Assembly: GCF_009914755.1 (NCBI RefSeq)
Contig: NC_060930.1
Length of the DNA stretch: 64,000 nt
Source of the DNA: the human T2T-CHM13v2.0 reference genome, Homo sapiens
Direction: 5' to 3' (one strand)
The notes under the pieces were generated by a model, which saw nothing but the letters and a program-made list of their open reading frames with translations, was not told the DNA's origin and searched no databases. The stretch's first letter is position 1; each line of letters begins with the position of its first letter. Below, piece by piece: positions 1-15,500 of this stretch. The translations under genes and the position numbers were made by a program.

Positions 1-294
1 TCTTTACTGAAAAATGAAGTGAAGACCCATATATGCAGTTAAAAAAAAGTTAATTTTCAAAAAATACTGTAAAAGACTTTAAGGAACAAGTTTTATTGAC
101 CAATAAGTTGATATTTGTCCATAGGTCTCCTTTCTATAAATCATCTTGATGTTTAACAACTCTTATTATATTAAAATCTCAGTATCCTAAAACTTAGAAC
201 CTTATTGATATTTTCTATACAGTAGTTTTGTGATTAGAATTCACCTGGGGACACACACTCACACGCACAGTCACTCTTACACATATGCCTAGTC

Positions 295-477
295 CAGTGG
301 TTCTCAAAGTGTGATCCATAGACTAATAGCATAGCATTACCTGAGAACTTGATAATGCATATTTGCAGGCCCCACGCAAAACCTGCTGAATCAGAAGCTC
401 TGAGAGTAAGGCCTACCAATCTGGTTTAACAAGCCCGTCAGGTGATTCTGATTTACAGTACAGTTTGAGACCCACTG
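295..477. mobile_element. MER5A-like hAT-Charlie MITE
   Basis: CAGTGGTTCTCAAA...TTTGAGACCCACTG terminal inverted repeats; internal GAATCAGAA and GGTGATTCTGAT motifs. Confidence 0.8.
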
Positions 478-859
478 GCTAGAACATATCCTCCAGAGAC
501 TTGGCTTAATTGGTCTGGGTAAATATGGCTGAGAGTTGTTATCTTTTGTTATCTTTTATATGCCCTAGGAAAGTACAACCAGAATTGAAAACCAACTGAT
601 CTATACCAGTTCTTTCAATTAATAGTCAAGAACATTGAGTCCAGTGAGATTAAGTGATTTTTGCAGGCTATGAGGTTTTATGCTATTCCTGTGTTCTCCA
701 AAACAAGAAAATAAAAAGACATGACTTATTCTCTGTTCATACAGCAAGTATGGAAAAAAGATGATCTAGAAGTCAACTATCTCAACCTCCATTGTTACCC
801 ACTAGGTTTTTTTCTAATAATGTTAAAGGCTATTTAATTTATTTAATCAACTTTAAGCA

Positions 860-1085
860 TTACATTCTCAATTGGGGACAAAAATTGGTTCTTGGGGTGA
901 AAAAATATTAGATATGGCTTGTGGACTTCCAATATCATCCTATCCAACAAAATCTTATTCCTTAGTATTAATTTATCTCATTGGGAAGAAATTTGTAGTT
1001 AAAACTATTTAATGTAATTTGAATTTAATTTCTGTAATTGGGAAGGAGGGTAATAATGAACAAAAAGTTTGAGAAAAAAATGCTT
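860..1085. mobile_element. Old hAT-Charlie DNA transposon fragment (MER119-like)
   Basis: AAAATTGGTTCTTGGGG and CAAAATCTTATTCCTTAGTATT motifs resemble that family; recognised by eye. Confidence 0.35.
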
Positions 1086-2438
1086 TAATGGGTTTTACAG
1101 GCATGCTACAATCCAGGACTGTGGTGTTCTATGTGCCGTGTATGGTCATATTAGTAGCTATTTGTTGCAAGATACTTGAAGCCAAATGTTTGCAGTATAG
1201 GTTCCTGGCTACTGTTTATGCTGTGATTTCACTCTGTCTATCATGGGCAGTATTAGAAAACACACTGGTTTTCACTATCTGGTTTACAAACACTATCATT
1301 ATTTTACCTGGATTGAAGTGCAGAATTTGGCATATCGATGCATGCAATGGAAAGAAAAAAAATTTGTTAAAATTTGTAAATGTTCAGCTAAATCTCAGAT
1401 ATACTGTGGGATGAGTATCTCAGGGTAAGTAACAAAAAAACAAACAAAAAAAATCACTGAAATTTTTCCCTCACAGTCAGTAGCTTTGTTTGATATTTAA
1501 CAATAAGTATATGGTGATATACTTGAAATTTATGTCCAGAATGTCACTGGAATATTACAATGAGCATAAATAATCAAGCTTAGGACTAAATGAAAGATAC
1601 TATCTCATGTATGCTTTAAATAGAGAATTTATTTCTTTTAAAAATAAAGCTATTTTTCCTTATCCATGTTTACTCTGTAAATGGCAAATAATACATCTTT
1701 AAATGCTTATGAACTACTGTTAATATGAAAAATGAGAAGTCCAAAATAAGAAATAACTGCACTTTTTGGGCCACTTGAGTAGTGGCGGGGGTTCAGGAGG
1801 CAGAATTCAGTTGTCAGAAGTTCTAGTATTCCCTTTATCATTCCACCTAAAGACCCTGAACAAGTTACCACCAAATTTGGCTTCAGTTTTTTCCATCTTA
1901 TGAAAGGAAAAGTTTAGTTTATTTCTAAATTTCCTTCCTTTCTAGCAGTCAGTATTTCTTCTAATGAATGTTTTTTTTCTGTAATTAGAAAGACTATAAT
2001 TAGGCTTTTTAAATTTGTATTTTCATTCTTTGTAAAGAGTGCCAATGGATATGAAGATTAAAAATAATCCAAATCCATAAAAATTAAAAAGAAAATATTA
2101 AAGAAGTTATATGAAGCAAAAAAATTGTATAAATGGACAGAAGACATGTAATATTCGCATACAGGCAAACATTCATAATCTAAAGGACACCTAAAAATAG
2201 ATGTAAGCGAGCGGAGGTTTTCTTTGCTGGCCACTGTTTATCGCATCAGCAGAGGAAAGATCTGAATGACTCAGTGACCAAATGTTTTGTCAGAATCTGG
2301 TATTTGGAATACTGAGGTAGTAAAAACTTTATCTGAACCATGAATTACAATCTAAAATCAACTTCTGAGTTTGTTAAACTCTAAACTGAAATCAAGTATT
2401 ATTTCCCCACCAATATTCATATCCAAAAATAACTTTAA

Positions 2439-2440
<2 letters not shown>

Positions 2441-2474
<34 letters not shown>
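2441..2474. repeat. (AC)17 microsatellite
   Basis: Perfect dinucleotide run. Confidence 0.97.
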
Positions 2475-2476
<2 letters not shown>

Positions 2477-2904
2477 TTAGTGAACTGGTTTGAATGAAAA
2501 TAAATTTATATAATTATTTTATATAACAAATCAGCATAAAATGGAAAATCAAACTGCCTCTCTAGATATAATAACCTTCACTGACTGTTGGAAATACATG
2601 GATAGCTTTTTAAAATCTTCAGTGTTGGAGTAACAGTCCCTTACATCTTTTCAGCCTCTTGAGTACAAGAAGACTATCATAAGAGTTAGTTCCAGATTGG
2701 TGCAAGACTGGAATACACTTGACTGCTTTTATTAAAGCCATGAGGGCATACCAAGTAATTCACCCAGTATGGTCTTATTGCCACCCTTGAAAATCCCTGG
2801 GCATGGTCCAGTCCACATAGAATGAATTCAGAAAGGTGTCTCTTGTTGGTCTCTAGAACTATCCTCAGAAATAATAGTAAAACAGTGGTCATGAGTAGCC
2901 TCAC

Positions 2905-3090
2905 TAGGCTACTTCATGTACATTATCTTGTTTACTCTCTATAGCAACCATATGAGATGTATATAATTATTAAATTGTACAGATGGGAAAATTGAAATTC
3001 AGAGAGATTAAATACAATGCTTGCTCTGTGTTACACTGTTAGTAAGAGAGCAATACATGAACCCAAGTTTGATCCTCAAAATCACACTTT
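2905..3090 (-). mobile_element. MIR SINE fragment
   Basis: ACAGATGGGAAAATTGAAATTCAGAGAGATTAAAT resembles the MIR core. Confidence 0.6.
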
Positions 3091-5997
3091 TAATTACTTG
3101 ATACATAATGTCTTCCAATATTGAATCTAGACTAGGGCAAATTCTCAGCCCAAAACCACACTTCAATTTAGCAATAATGTCGTGCTAGGACATGAGAGGG
3201 ATTAACATTGAAGACACAGCCTCTATCTTTAAGTAATTCATAATTTAGCCAAATATATTAAATATCTGTAATATAAAACTTACCTAGGAAAGTAAAATAG
3301 AGATCCAAGAATCAGGAGTCCTAAAGCATATAATGAGTCTGTTCCTCTTGGAAGCCACACATGTCAAGGTCATCAGTAAGCAGGCCTACTCTTTCTTCAT
3401 ATTCTGGGTTAATGTTCACCTTGACTGCTTGGTAAATTTCCCTCACTGGTGCTGAAGTAACCAAAATGGGGAAGGAGTGATGAAAACTCATCTTTGAGTA
3501 AGCTTAGTGGGAAATAGTATATCTGGGCCTATAGAGAAGTTGGGTCATTACTTAGAATGACAACTGGAAAAGTACATAGACTGCTTGCCAATCAGTTTGT
3601 TGTACCATGTACCTGTTCACAGACTCTTTTCAAAAAACAAGTTTATTTTACTTTTTTTGGTACTTTGGTCATGTTGTTTCCTTGGTAAAGATCAAAGTTG
3701 AATAAAGCTTAACAAAGTTTAATAAAGAAAAGGAATAAATTACTATCTAAATGTGTTAAAAGCAATCACCAAGTTTAATCACTTAAAAAATAAATATTCT
3801 CTTAACAGAAATGTCAGCGGTTACTTACAATGCTTAGCAGCTAAATTCCATGAGTATAACGTTTAATGTCTTTTTGGTACATTAAATATTCAGTGCCTTT
3901 GATGAAGGGAACAAACTGATAATTTCATTCATGTGCAGCAAACATCAAGGTTACATAAGTAAATTCAAATGTGTCAATCTGTAACTGTATGGAGTCCTGT
4001 ATTAAATCAAGTGATAAAATGTACCCTTCTCAAAGGCTATTCATGAATAAGCATAACCTTCAACTGAGGCCTGAATAGTCATGTGTCAGTAGGGTTTTTG
4101 TTAACATTTGTATGCCAAATTTATTACGATAGCTGTGATAGAGTAGAAGTTATGCTAGCTTGAAATCAGAAAACTCAACAGTGAGACTTGCATCTTAGGC
4201 AGTTCTACTTTCTGGACCTCTGTTTTCTCAACTATTTAAATGGAAATAATAAAACTTGTGTTACAAGGATTATCAAAGTAATATGTGCACTTCGAAGTGC
4301 CTGACATATCTCAGATCTTTTGAGGAGATTGTGAAGCCAGGGAATAAGTAACTGAAACAAGATCAAATATCCATGTCTTAAATTGTGATTCTCTAGGACA
4401 GGGACTCAGTAATTAAAAATATAGGCAAGGGTTTGTTTTGGTTTTTGTTTGTTAATGATGAAAACATTTAAGGACGTTGAGTTAACTGGAGATAAAGCAG
4501 CAGCACGAGGAGTAATGGGGAGAAGGGCCTGATGAGAAGGTCAGAGAAGCCTTTTATAAGTGTCTGGCTTGCACTGAATGCCCAGAAATGGAAGCGCAAG
4601 GAAAGTGTTGTGTGAGGACCAGGGTAATTATGCAGTGTCACCACTACTCACAGGGATTATGGCCTGAGAAACTAAAATGATACTTCTTAGGTGACCAGAG
4701 GATGGGAGAACTTCTTAACTGGTTTGGAGGTCCACATAAAGAATAATTGGGGTCTAGAATTAAGGAAGGAAAAGCAATACAAAGAAATGGAGCAGGGCTA
4801 TAGCAGTGAACCAATTGGTTGGTAAGTGAAACCTGTAAGATGCCTAATTGAGTAATTTAATGACTAATTTTATTAGGCTAAACAGAACAGAAACCATGCT
4901 AATCTGTAACAAATAAGTGGCGCCAGCCTATTACAGTGAATGCTATTGGTTAGACTAAAGCAGATAATAAACCAAGTGTAGGAAAAATGACATTTTCTGA
5001 TTACATCCAGAACAGGCATAGAAAAGGTATAATAAAGCTTGAAACAGGTGGCTGACAATGCAGAAATCAATCACTGAACTGAAAAGGTAAAATGAACATT
5101 GTTAGAGGAATTTAGGATTAAGATGGATGTAGAGCTTGCAAAAGAAAACCTAGCTCTCTAATACTTAAAGTTCTCTAGCCCTAGAAAAAAATACCTCAGC
5201 AAGAAATTGCAAGTAATAATTGCACCAAGAGTCAGCATCTATTTTAACTGTATGTTTAATTAAGTTTCTAACTCAAATGAGAAATTTTGGGCCATTTTTG
5301 TCAAGTTTTTGCTTAGATGGCTACAAATACTTAGCAATTCATTTTCATAGATTTTGTAGCATCCACAAAGCCCTCCTTACTGCAGAGAATGCAGAGGTAT
5401 TTATCCAATAAACTTTCATGTAATTGCTGCTATACAGCAAAACTATCATTACCGGTAATTAAAGTTGTGATACCTGATATCATTTGTCTCTAGACATTTT
5501 ATTTCATATTTTCTTGGTATTCTTTTTAAAGCCACACATTGGTGTAAGAAAAGAATGTTAAGTAGCACTGACAGAATACACAATAATTAATTCTTCCAAA
5601 AGTCTATCTTAAGCTTATTAGATCTCGGAAGGCACAGTTATTAATAAATGTAATGAACAAGGATGCTGCATAGACAAGTTTTCCACTGAAAACAGTATTT
5701 TAAGTGATACTATATGGTGCTTCAATTACCACCAAAAACTGCACTGGTTATGTAGAAAAAATAATGCTCATGAGTATGCAGTTGCAGTTGGGCTCCCATT
5801 TACCATTTTTCAGGTGAAAAATCTTGGAAGGTTTGGTGGCTGTTGCCTTTTTTTTTTTTTTTAAACTTTCAGGATGATAGTTACTGGTATCATTTGATAA
5901 CTTTAATGATTTCCCAACCTTAAATTAACCTAGACAACACAGAATTTTTTAAATTATTTTTATTTTTTGATGAAAACAAGAAATACGGTAGTGACAC

Positions 5998-6003
5998 TTT
6001 ATT
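5998..6003 (-). promoter_or_regulatory. TSPYL4 polyadenylation signal (AATAAA on minus strand)
   Basis: TTTATT on plus; U/GU-rich sequence downstream on minus; the homologous position in the TSPYL1 copy also carries the signal (32728-32733). Confidence 0.75.
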
Positions 6004-7611
6004 TTTCCTTCAAGCACATGGGAGAAGACAAAAGTACTAAATGATCATTGAGTTTGACAGAGAAATTCTACTGGTACTTACACTGCTTAGGAACATAAAT
6101 GTCAAGTACATTACTAGGGCAAGAAATATCAAGTAAGACAACAGAGTCGTATTTTTCTTTTTGAGGTTATTTTCACAAGACATAGCTATAATTTGTAAAA
6201 TATTCAGACTATTGAAAGATCACATTCAAATTATATTTCTAAGAATAGAGCCATATATGAACAGAGAGCAAAACAAGCTAATACATTAATGAATATTCAC
6301 TGAATTCTTCATACTGCACAGGACACAAATTTGGTATTTTTGCACATGTTGTCAATTATAAGCAAAAAGCAGGCCTGTAAACATCAATTTTGTCATAGGC
6401 TGAAACAGAGAAAGGAAATGGATTTTACTCAAAAACAGTGACATAAGGAGCATATACCATTAATCTTCCACACATATAAAGGTCACTCCTAGGATAATTG
6501 AGAGAAAACATCGACTTACATTTTGTTTACAAAAATCTACTGGTGAATTCAAGGACTTAGGAAAAATTGAAGGAAAATCTTCCTCCAAGCATGCTATTTA
6601 AACCCCAGCCCCTCTTCCCTGGAGAGCACCTCAGGGGCCTCCCCTCCCACCCCTGATCCTGCAGGTTCTTTCCTGTGAGCCTTTCCAAACCCACGCCACA
6701 GCAGGCTCATTCCTGCTCTGGACTTTTACTCAGTTTCCCAACCTAGATTAACCTCTCCACTGTGTGTGTTCAGACCTCCTAAACCCTCAGGTAGCTTAGG
6801 GCAAGGCCTTCAAAACCAAAGGGGAAAAGGGTGATGGTGGATGGTCTTTATCACCACACATGATCATAACTAAGCCTTGACGGCATCACTGTCCCACCTA
6901 CTGGAACTTGTCCGTGAAAATCCACACAGATGCTACACATCCCCTTATCCCCTACAAGGAGGCTGGAGATCTTCCACAATGCAGGCTGCAGCCTGCTTCT
7001 TCATTTGTTAGGAGCAGGGAAGGAAATGCAGAAGCTGAGAAATGAGGGCCAAGAAAGCCAGGCAGTAGGATGGAGACCCAAGGGACATCAGGGCAGAAAC
7101 AAAATAGTACAAAGGAGAAGAGTGACCTACAAAATGCTACCCTAGAAGCAGTCCAAGGCCCAAAAAAGAATTTCCATCTTTAGAAAAGTGGAGTGAGGCT
7201 AAGTTTTGGTTGCCTTTGCTCACATCACAAAGGCCTTTGCCTTTGACCCGTCCTGAACCCATCACTGTGAGGCCCTTCTCTCTCTTTCCAGCTTCTCAAA
7301 CTAAAAACTCAAGAAATACACAGGTTTTGGTAGAATGGATGGGGTAAAAAGATAAATATGTCAAAATCTGCCTAATTTAACACTGCCTATAACTAAACAA
7401 TTAACCTATAGGTCTCCCTTTGAAACTTTCAGACCTTGCTAAAAGAAGTGGGGTGGAGGAATAAGGGCAATAAGAGATCTGGAGCCCATTTAATCATAAC
7501 CTTTCTCTCTGAACACAATCAGGGAAAGAGCAAATTAAACAAAAAGCCTGCTTTGCCAGTTTTGTTTTCTGTTAATAAGCTAAAACTGCTTCAGAGTGAA
7601 AGGGAAGAAAA

Positions 7612-7652
7612 GGGATGGGAGGGAGAGGGGGAGGGAGAGGGGAGGGGGAGGG
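7612..7652 (+). repeat. G-rich polypurine tract (G-quadruplex / H-DNA potential)
   Basis: GGGATGGGAGGGAGAGGGGGAGGGAGAGGGGAGGGGGAGGG: eight runs of 3 or more G. Confidence 0.85.
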
Positions 7653-8744
7653 AGAGAAAGAGACAGAGGCATAACAAGTCTCACATTCCAGAAATATCTC
7701 TTCCTCAATGCCCCAACTCTGGCAACTTTTGTCATGTTCAGAGTGGGTGCAGGCGGGGAAAAGAGGAAATGCCTAAAGAAGTTGCTCACATTAAGGATGG
7801 TTTGTTGGCTAGGAGTCAGAAAGACTAAGCTGGAAGGGACTGCGTTCCAGCCTTGCTTTGGGCTCTGTCACATATTACTGCCCATCCTGGTGGTAGGGGG
7901 TGTTGCTGTGAGCTCCCTGGGAGCTACGTCTACAGATAGTTCCTGATGAGGCAGACAATGGTGGCCTAAGCAAAGTTCAACCAGAAGGTGAGAGTGAGTA
8001 GGGGTGGGCTATAGCACAGGCTTCATACTCACCAGCAGCTGGTCATGACGTAGAGTAACCAAAGGTACAGGAAAACCAATGTGATAACATAGAACACTTT
8101 TCATCTATTACCTCAGTCACGCCTAGCAGTCACCCATCAGCCACCAGCTTGTTCTATCAGATAACCAGTAGGGTGGATGGCACAAGCCCAGGAAGGCAGC
8201 TGGGATCCAGTTGGTGGTAGTCTGGAATGTCCAATTTGGGTTGATGGCCGGGTTAAGATATCAGTTTTGTCTTGCAGTGGTAATACCCAAATAGCTTACC
8301 ATAAGTACATGGGTATCAGGACACAGCCAGCATAAAGTATGAAGCCCAATCAGTTATTTGTGAAAATGTATCAAGATTCTTTGTGGTACAGAACCACTTA
8401 AATTGGGAGAAGAGCATGGTCACAGATAGGGTCCAAGCCATGCAAAGAAAGGCAGTATGGTACACTATATCTATAGTATCATACGCTTGGCATAGAAGCC
8501 GTAGAAGGCCATGCACTTGAAACATGTTAACACAATGCAGAAAAGCATGAAGGCCCAGAGGAAGAATGGCACAGGCAGGTAAGCCAACAATCTTGCAACC
8601 GATTACTGAAGATTTAGAACCAAAGGAAAAGATAATCCACAGTATGAAGAGAAAGCAGATGGAAGACTGCATGCTGTTGGCCAAGCATAGGTCCAAGAGG
8701 AGGTGGTAAGGAAACTTGTGCAGAAGCTTCTCACAGGACAGAGA

Positions 8745-10364
<1,620 letters not shown>

Positions 10365-12213
10365 GTGAGTTACTGTCTATTCAAGTCAGTTCATAGGGCT
10401 TCTCCTGAGTAGGAAAGTGGATTCACGAACTCACAGGCCTTCCTTCTTTTAAGGTGTGGATTCATGGCTATTACCAAAGAATTTAAATGAGCAGAGTTTG
10501 ATTTTAAAGAGAAGTGTTGCTGTGTTGTTATTTTTAAAATTAAGGAGCAGCTGAAAGGCAAACTTCTCTCATCCTAACAAGACATAATAAAGGAATATTT
10601 CAATTTGTCTTACAGATTTTAAAGTTTATATAATTTGGCCAACATCTACAAAACAAGTGGACAATATTTCCTCTTCACTTTTAACAAAGAGTAGCAAAAT
10701 GTTTTTCCTTACGTAGAGGTGACTGGCACACGAGCACAAATTTAGGCTTTTAAGCATTACTGAAAGAAATATCTCAGGGGATTTTAATTTCTAAACTGAT
10801 GCATATGTTCTTTTCCTCAGGTTACAATCTTAATCTAAAAGTGGTTCCTGCTTCATAATGCCTGTGGACATGAAGCTAACAAATCTTTTCAAAATGTGTT
10901 CATGTGGTAATTCACTGCAGCACAGGAGCAATAATCAGCTATGTGCAGGCATCTATGCTACTGTCTCTTAAAATACTTTAAAAGTAAGGTTAGTTATTGT
11001 CTATTCGAGTCAGTTAGCTCTTACAATTCATTTGATAGTGATTATCAGTACAATATATTAGTTTGTTGGAGTGTGAGAATAATGGTGTTAATCCTTAGAA
11101 AAATGCAAGACCAAAGGGAAATTTAAATTTTGCATATTTATGTTTAATGTCAAATTTATATTCAAATAAACGGTTATGATTATAACTCTTTGTAAAAGAA
11201 ACTCCATTTTAAGCCCCCCAGATTATGATCACTTTCAAATACAGGCTCAGAAGTACAGATTTAGAGAAAAAGGATTCCTCTTAGAGGAATACATCATATA
11301 TACTGAGACTTCTAGCGAGGGAAGGAGTGTAGTTCTGGTTCAACTAAGATAAAGTACTGATGAAAGGTCACTGGCAGACAATACGGAGAAACAGCCTGCC
11401 TTGCAGGATTTTTTGTATGCCTAGTCAGCCTACCCAAGGACAATGTGTCCAGAATGACCTCTTTACTGCCTGCCAGCTAATCAGTTATCCCATAAGAAAT
11501 ATGCAAACAAGATTCACACAGCAGAGAGCAATTATTTTTCTCTCCCTCTTTCCTCTTTGTCTTAATAAACGCTCTTTTTTTATTTGTGGGGTGAAATCAA
11601 TCTATTGAGGTATCGTCTTTGTAAACACATAAACAGCGTGCTATAATTGACTTTGTGACTTTGAATTATTGACACTGCTCTGTTTCTTTTCCAAAGAACC
11701 TTTGCACTGTTGAAAGAGTAACTTTTCCATTATAACCTGAGTCAAGATGAAGAGAAGCAGGGAATACTGAATGAAAGTTACTTTTCCATGCAGCAGGAAA
11801 AAACAAGTTTGCTACTATACAAATTTATAGAAAAGTATAAAATTACATGTGAACTTCTTTTTCTTTTTGTGTGTGCCAAAGTTTTTTAAAGATTTATATC
11901 TCTACTACTCAAAGCATTCCCATCTCTAGCTTGTATTAGTTCTGTCACCTGAATCATTTTTCACTCATAACCACCTGGCCATTCTTTAACACTCAGTTCA
12001 TGTAGATTGTACTAGGCAGTTTAAATACATTAGATTTTATAAACAAAGACCCAGTGAGCACAGAGCAGTTAACATGCCCATGGTCACATATGTATTAATT
12101 GGCAGATTGCCTCCTCCCACCTTATTACTTTACCTCCTTCCTTAATTACTTGCCATTTTGACAGTCTTCTGATTTCTGTATAGCCCTTATGACTTTTACT
12201 ATCCAACTTAGTA

Positions 12214-12518
12214 CAGTTACGTTTCACTGAATGACAGGGATTTTGTCATTATGGAAACATCATACAGTACATCTATCAAACCTAGCTGCAATAGCCTACT
12301 ATACACCTAAGCTAAATAGTATATCATATTGCTCCTAGGCTACAAACCTGAACAGCATGTTGCTGTACTGAATACTGTAGGCACTTGTAACATAATGGTA
12401 AGCATTTTTGTATCTAAACATAAGAATGATACAGTAAAAATAGAGTATTACAATTGTATGGTCCCACACTTGTATATGCAGTTCATCTTTGACCAAAATG
12501 TTATGCAGCAAATGACCG
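12214..12518. mobile_element. Tigger3a/MER7-like MITE
   Basis: TA-flanked; ATTGCTCCTAGGCTACAAACCTGAACAGCATGTTGCTGTACTGAATACTGTAGGC. Confidence 0.75.
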
Positions 12519-13139
12519 TACTTATTTATCCTCTACTTTTTAACTTTATTGGTTGTTTCATTAAGGTCAGTTTTATCCCAGCTAGATAATGACTGCATAG
12601 CAGCTTCTGTAGCATCTACGACAGTATAGTCCAGTTACTATCTCATAGAATGTTTTAATGAATCTTGATTATTTAAGTGAAAATTTAAATTTAAATAAAA
12701 ATTTTAAAAAATTTTACCAAAATGAATAGTATGACTACCCTTGTGTTTCATTTTGAGGTGGGTGGATATATAATAGTAGCTATGAGTTATATTTTACATT
12801 TTTTGCACATTAGAATAATATATATTTTGTACACAGTAAAGTCTATTCTACTGGAAATTGGCAATAAACCTTACTAAGCAGAAAAAACTACATCAGTGAC
12901 TTATGATTCTATGGGAAAATATCGATAGAAAATGCCATGAAAATCTATGAGGTAATTTTTATTTGCAAGGAGAAAAGATATTTAATGGAAGTTCAAACAT
13001 AAATTAATACAGTCAAACAGGAATGACTTTACTAAAGTATAAAGATTGGAAAATTTGTGAAATATCCCCTATTGTTACATCTTTGACCAGCAGTTTCTTT
13101 TTCAGAATGATATAGTTTCTGGTTCATTATTTAGTGTTT

Positions 13140-13360
13140 TCTATATACCATATACTTTTATGTGCTTAAATGTGTATCTCATTTAATTTTTACAAGGACC
13201 CTGTGAGGTGATATTATGACCTCCCCTTCCCTATGCCTCAGAAGAAATTGAGGCAATGAGAAATAAAGTGGTTTATCCAAGATCACACAGCAAGTGGTAG
13301 AGCCACAATCTGAACGAGGTAATCTGACTGGAGAGCCTGTGCACTCATTCACCATAGTAT
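13140..13360 (-). mobile_element. MIR SINE (shared with the paralogous MIR at about 40230-40460)
   Basis: TCTCATTTAAT...CCCTGTGAGGT...GAAATTGAGGC...CCAAGATCACACAGC. Confidence 0.65.
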
Positions 13361-13471
13361 TCTGCAACCTTACACAACCCATAAAATGAAAAGCCACCTT
13401 CTTAGAAATAAGACTACATGACCATCCCAATTTAATGTTGAACTTTCTTCTTTATCTTCTTTTCCTTTACC

Positions 13472-13869
13472 TGTCTTAGTCCATTCAGGCTGTTGTAACA
13501 AAATACCATAGAGTGGGTGGCTTGTAAACAGTAACTTACTTCTCACAGTTCTGAAGGCTGGGAATTCCAAGATCAAGGCACCAACAGATTTGGTGTCTGG
13601 TGAGGGCCTACATCCTGATTCTTAGACTGTAGTTTGTTGTTTTTTTGTGTTTTGTTTTGTTTTGTTTTGCTGTGTCCTCACATGCAAAAAGGAGTGAGGG
13701 ATCTCTCTGGGGTTTCTTTTATAGTGGCACTAATCTCATTAGGGCTCTAACCAGAGGTCTCTTTTATAGGGCACCGATTGCCCCCCAGAGGACCCCAGCT
13801 CCAAATACTCTCACATTGGGGATTAGGTTTCAATATATTAGAGGGGACAAAAACACTCAGTCTATAGCC
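13472..13869. mobile_element. MaLR solo LTR (MLT1A/MST-like)
   Basis: TGTCTTAGTCCATTCAGGCTG...AAAATACCATAGA...TCTCACAGTTCTG...CCAAGATCAAGG...CACTCAGTCTATAGC. Confidence 0.75.
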
Positions 13870-13987
13870 TGCCCCCATCCATAAAATTAGTGACAATTGT
13901 TGAGGAAGTGCCCAATTACTAAAGAGAAACAAGAATTCATGATTCTGTGTTTCAATGCCTTAACAGTTCTCAGCTCATCAGATATAA

Positions 13988-14342
<355 letters not shown>

Positions 14343-14388
14343 TGAAATTCATATTGTATATCAACATGCACATTTTTTAAAGTCATTA

Positions 14389-15213
<825 letters not shown>

Positions 15214-15457
15214 TTAAAATATCTATTTTAAAATATAAATGCTTTGACATGCCAGCACTTTACAGCATGATAAATTAGTTAAATGGTTATACCTGTAGAC
15301 TTACCAGTGTATGAAACTACTGATGCAACTCGATATAGGTGTATGGTACTAGAGACATAAGCAGCAATGCTCTTCTGAGATAGATTTTCTGAAATTTTGA
15401 GCAGCTTTATGATAAAGTTCTGGAGGAAAAGGACAAAATTTCTTCAATTCACATTTA

Positions 15458-15500
15458 TATCTCTTTGATTATAAGACACATCTTTTTTCCCCACATTTTA
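15458..15500 (+). mobile_element. Left end of a Tc2/pogo (Kanga-like) DNA transposon, split off by the L1
   Basis: TATCTCTTTGATTATAAGACACATCTTTTTTCCCCACATTTTA resembles the Kanga left terminus; continues at 22115. Confidence 0.55.

Larger units (their letters stand above)
1..5430 (+). other. NT5DC1: Probable 3' UTR / terminal region of the upstream plus-strand gene (NT5DC1 by synteny)
   Basis: AT-rich with no credible ORF; AATAAA at 710-715, 1643-1648 and 5407-5412. Identity inferred only from the known gene order next to TSPYL4; no coding sequence is visible. Confidence 0.45.
5980..8744 (-). other. TSPYL4: TSPYL4 3' UTR (about 2.8 kb)
   Basis: Lies between the stop codon and the PAS; proximal (8420-8745) and distal (5970-6490) parts align with the TSPYL1 3' UTR. 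Confidence 0.7.

Noticed and set aside
7436-7946. ORFs of 116-130 aa in the TSPYL4 3' UTR
   Set aside because: Produced by the low-complexity purine tract; no homology
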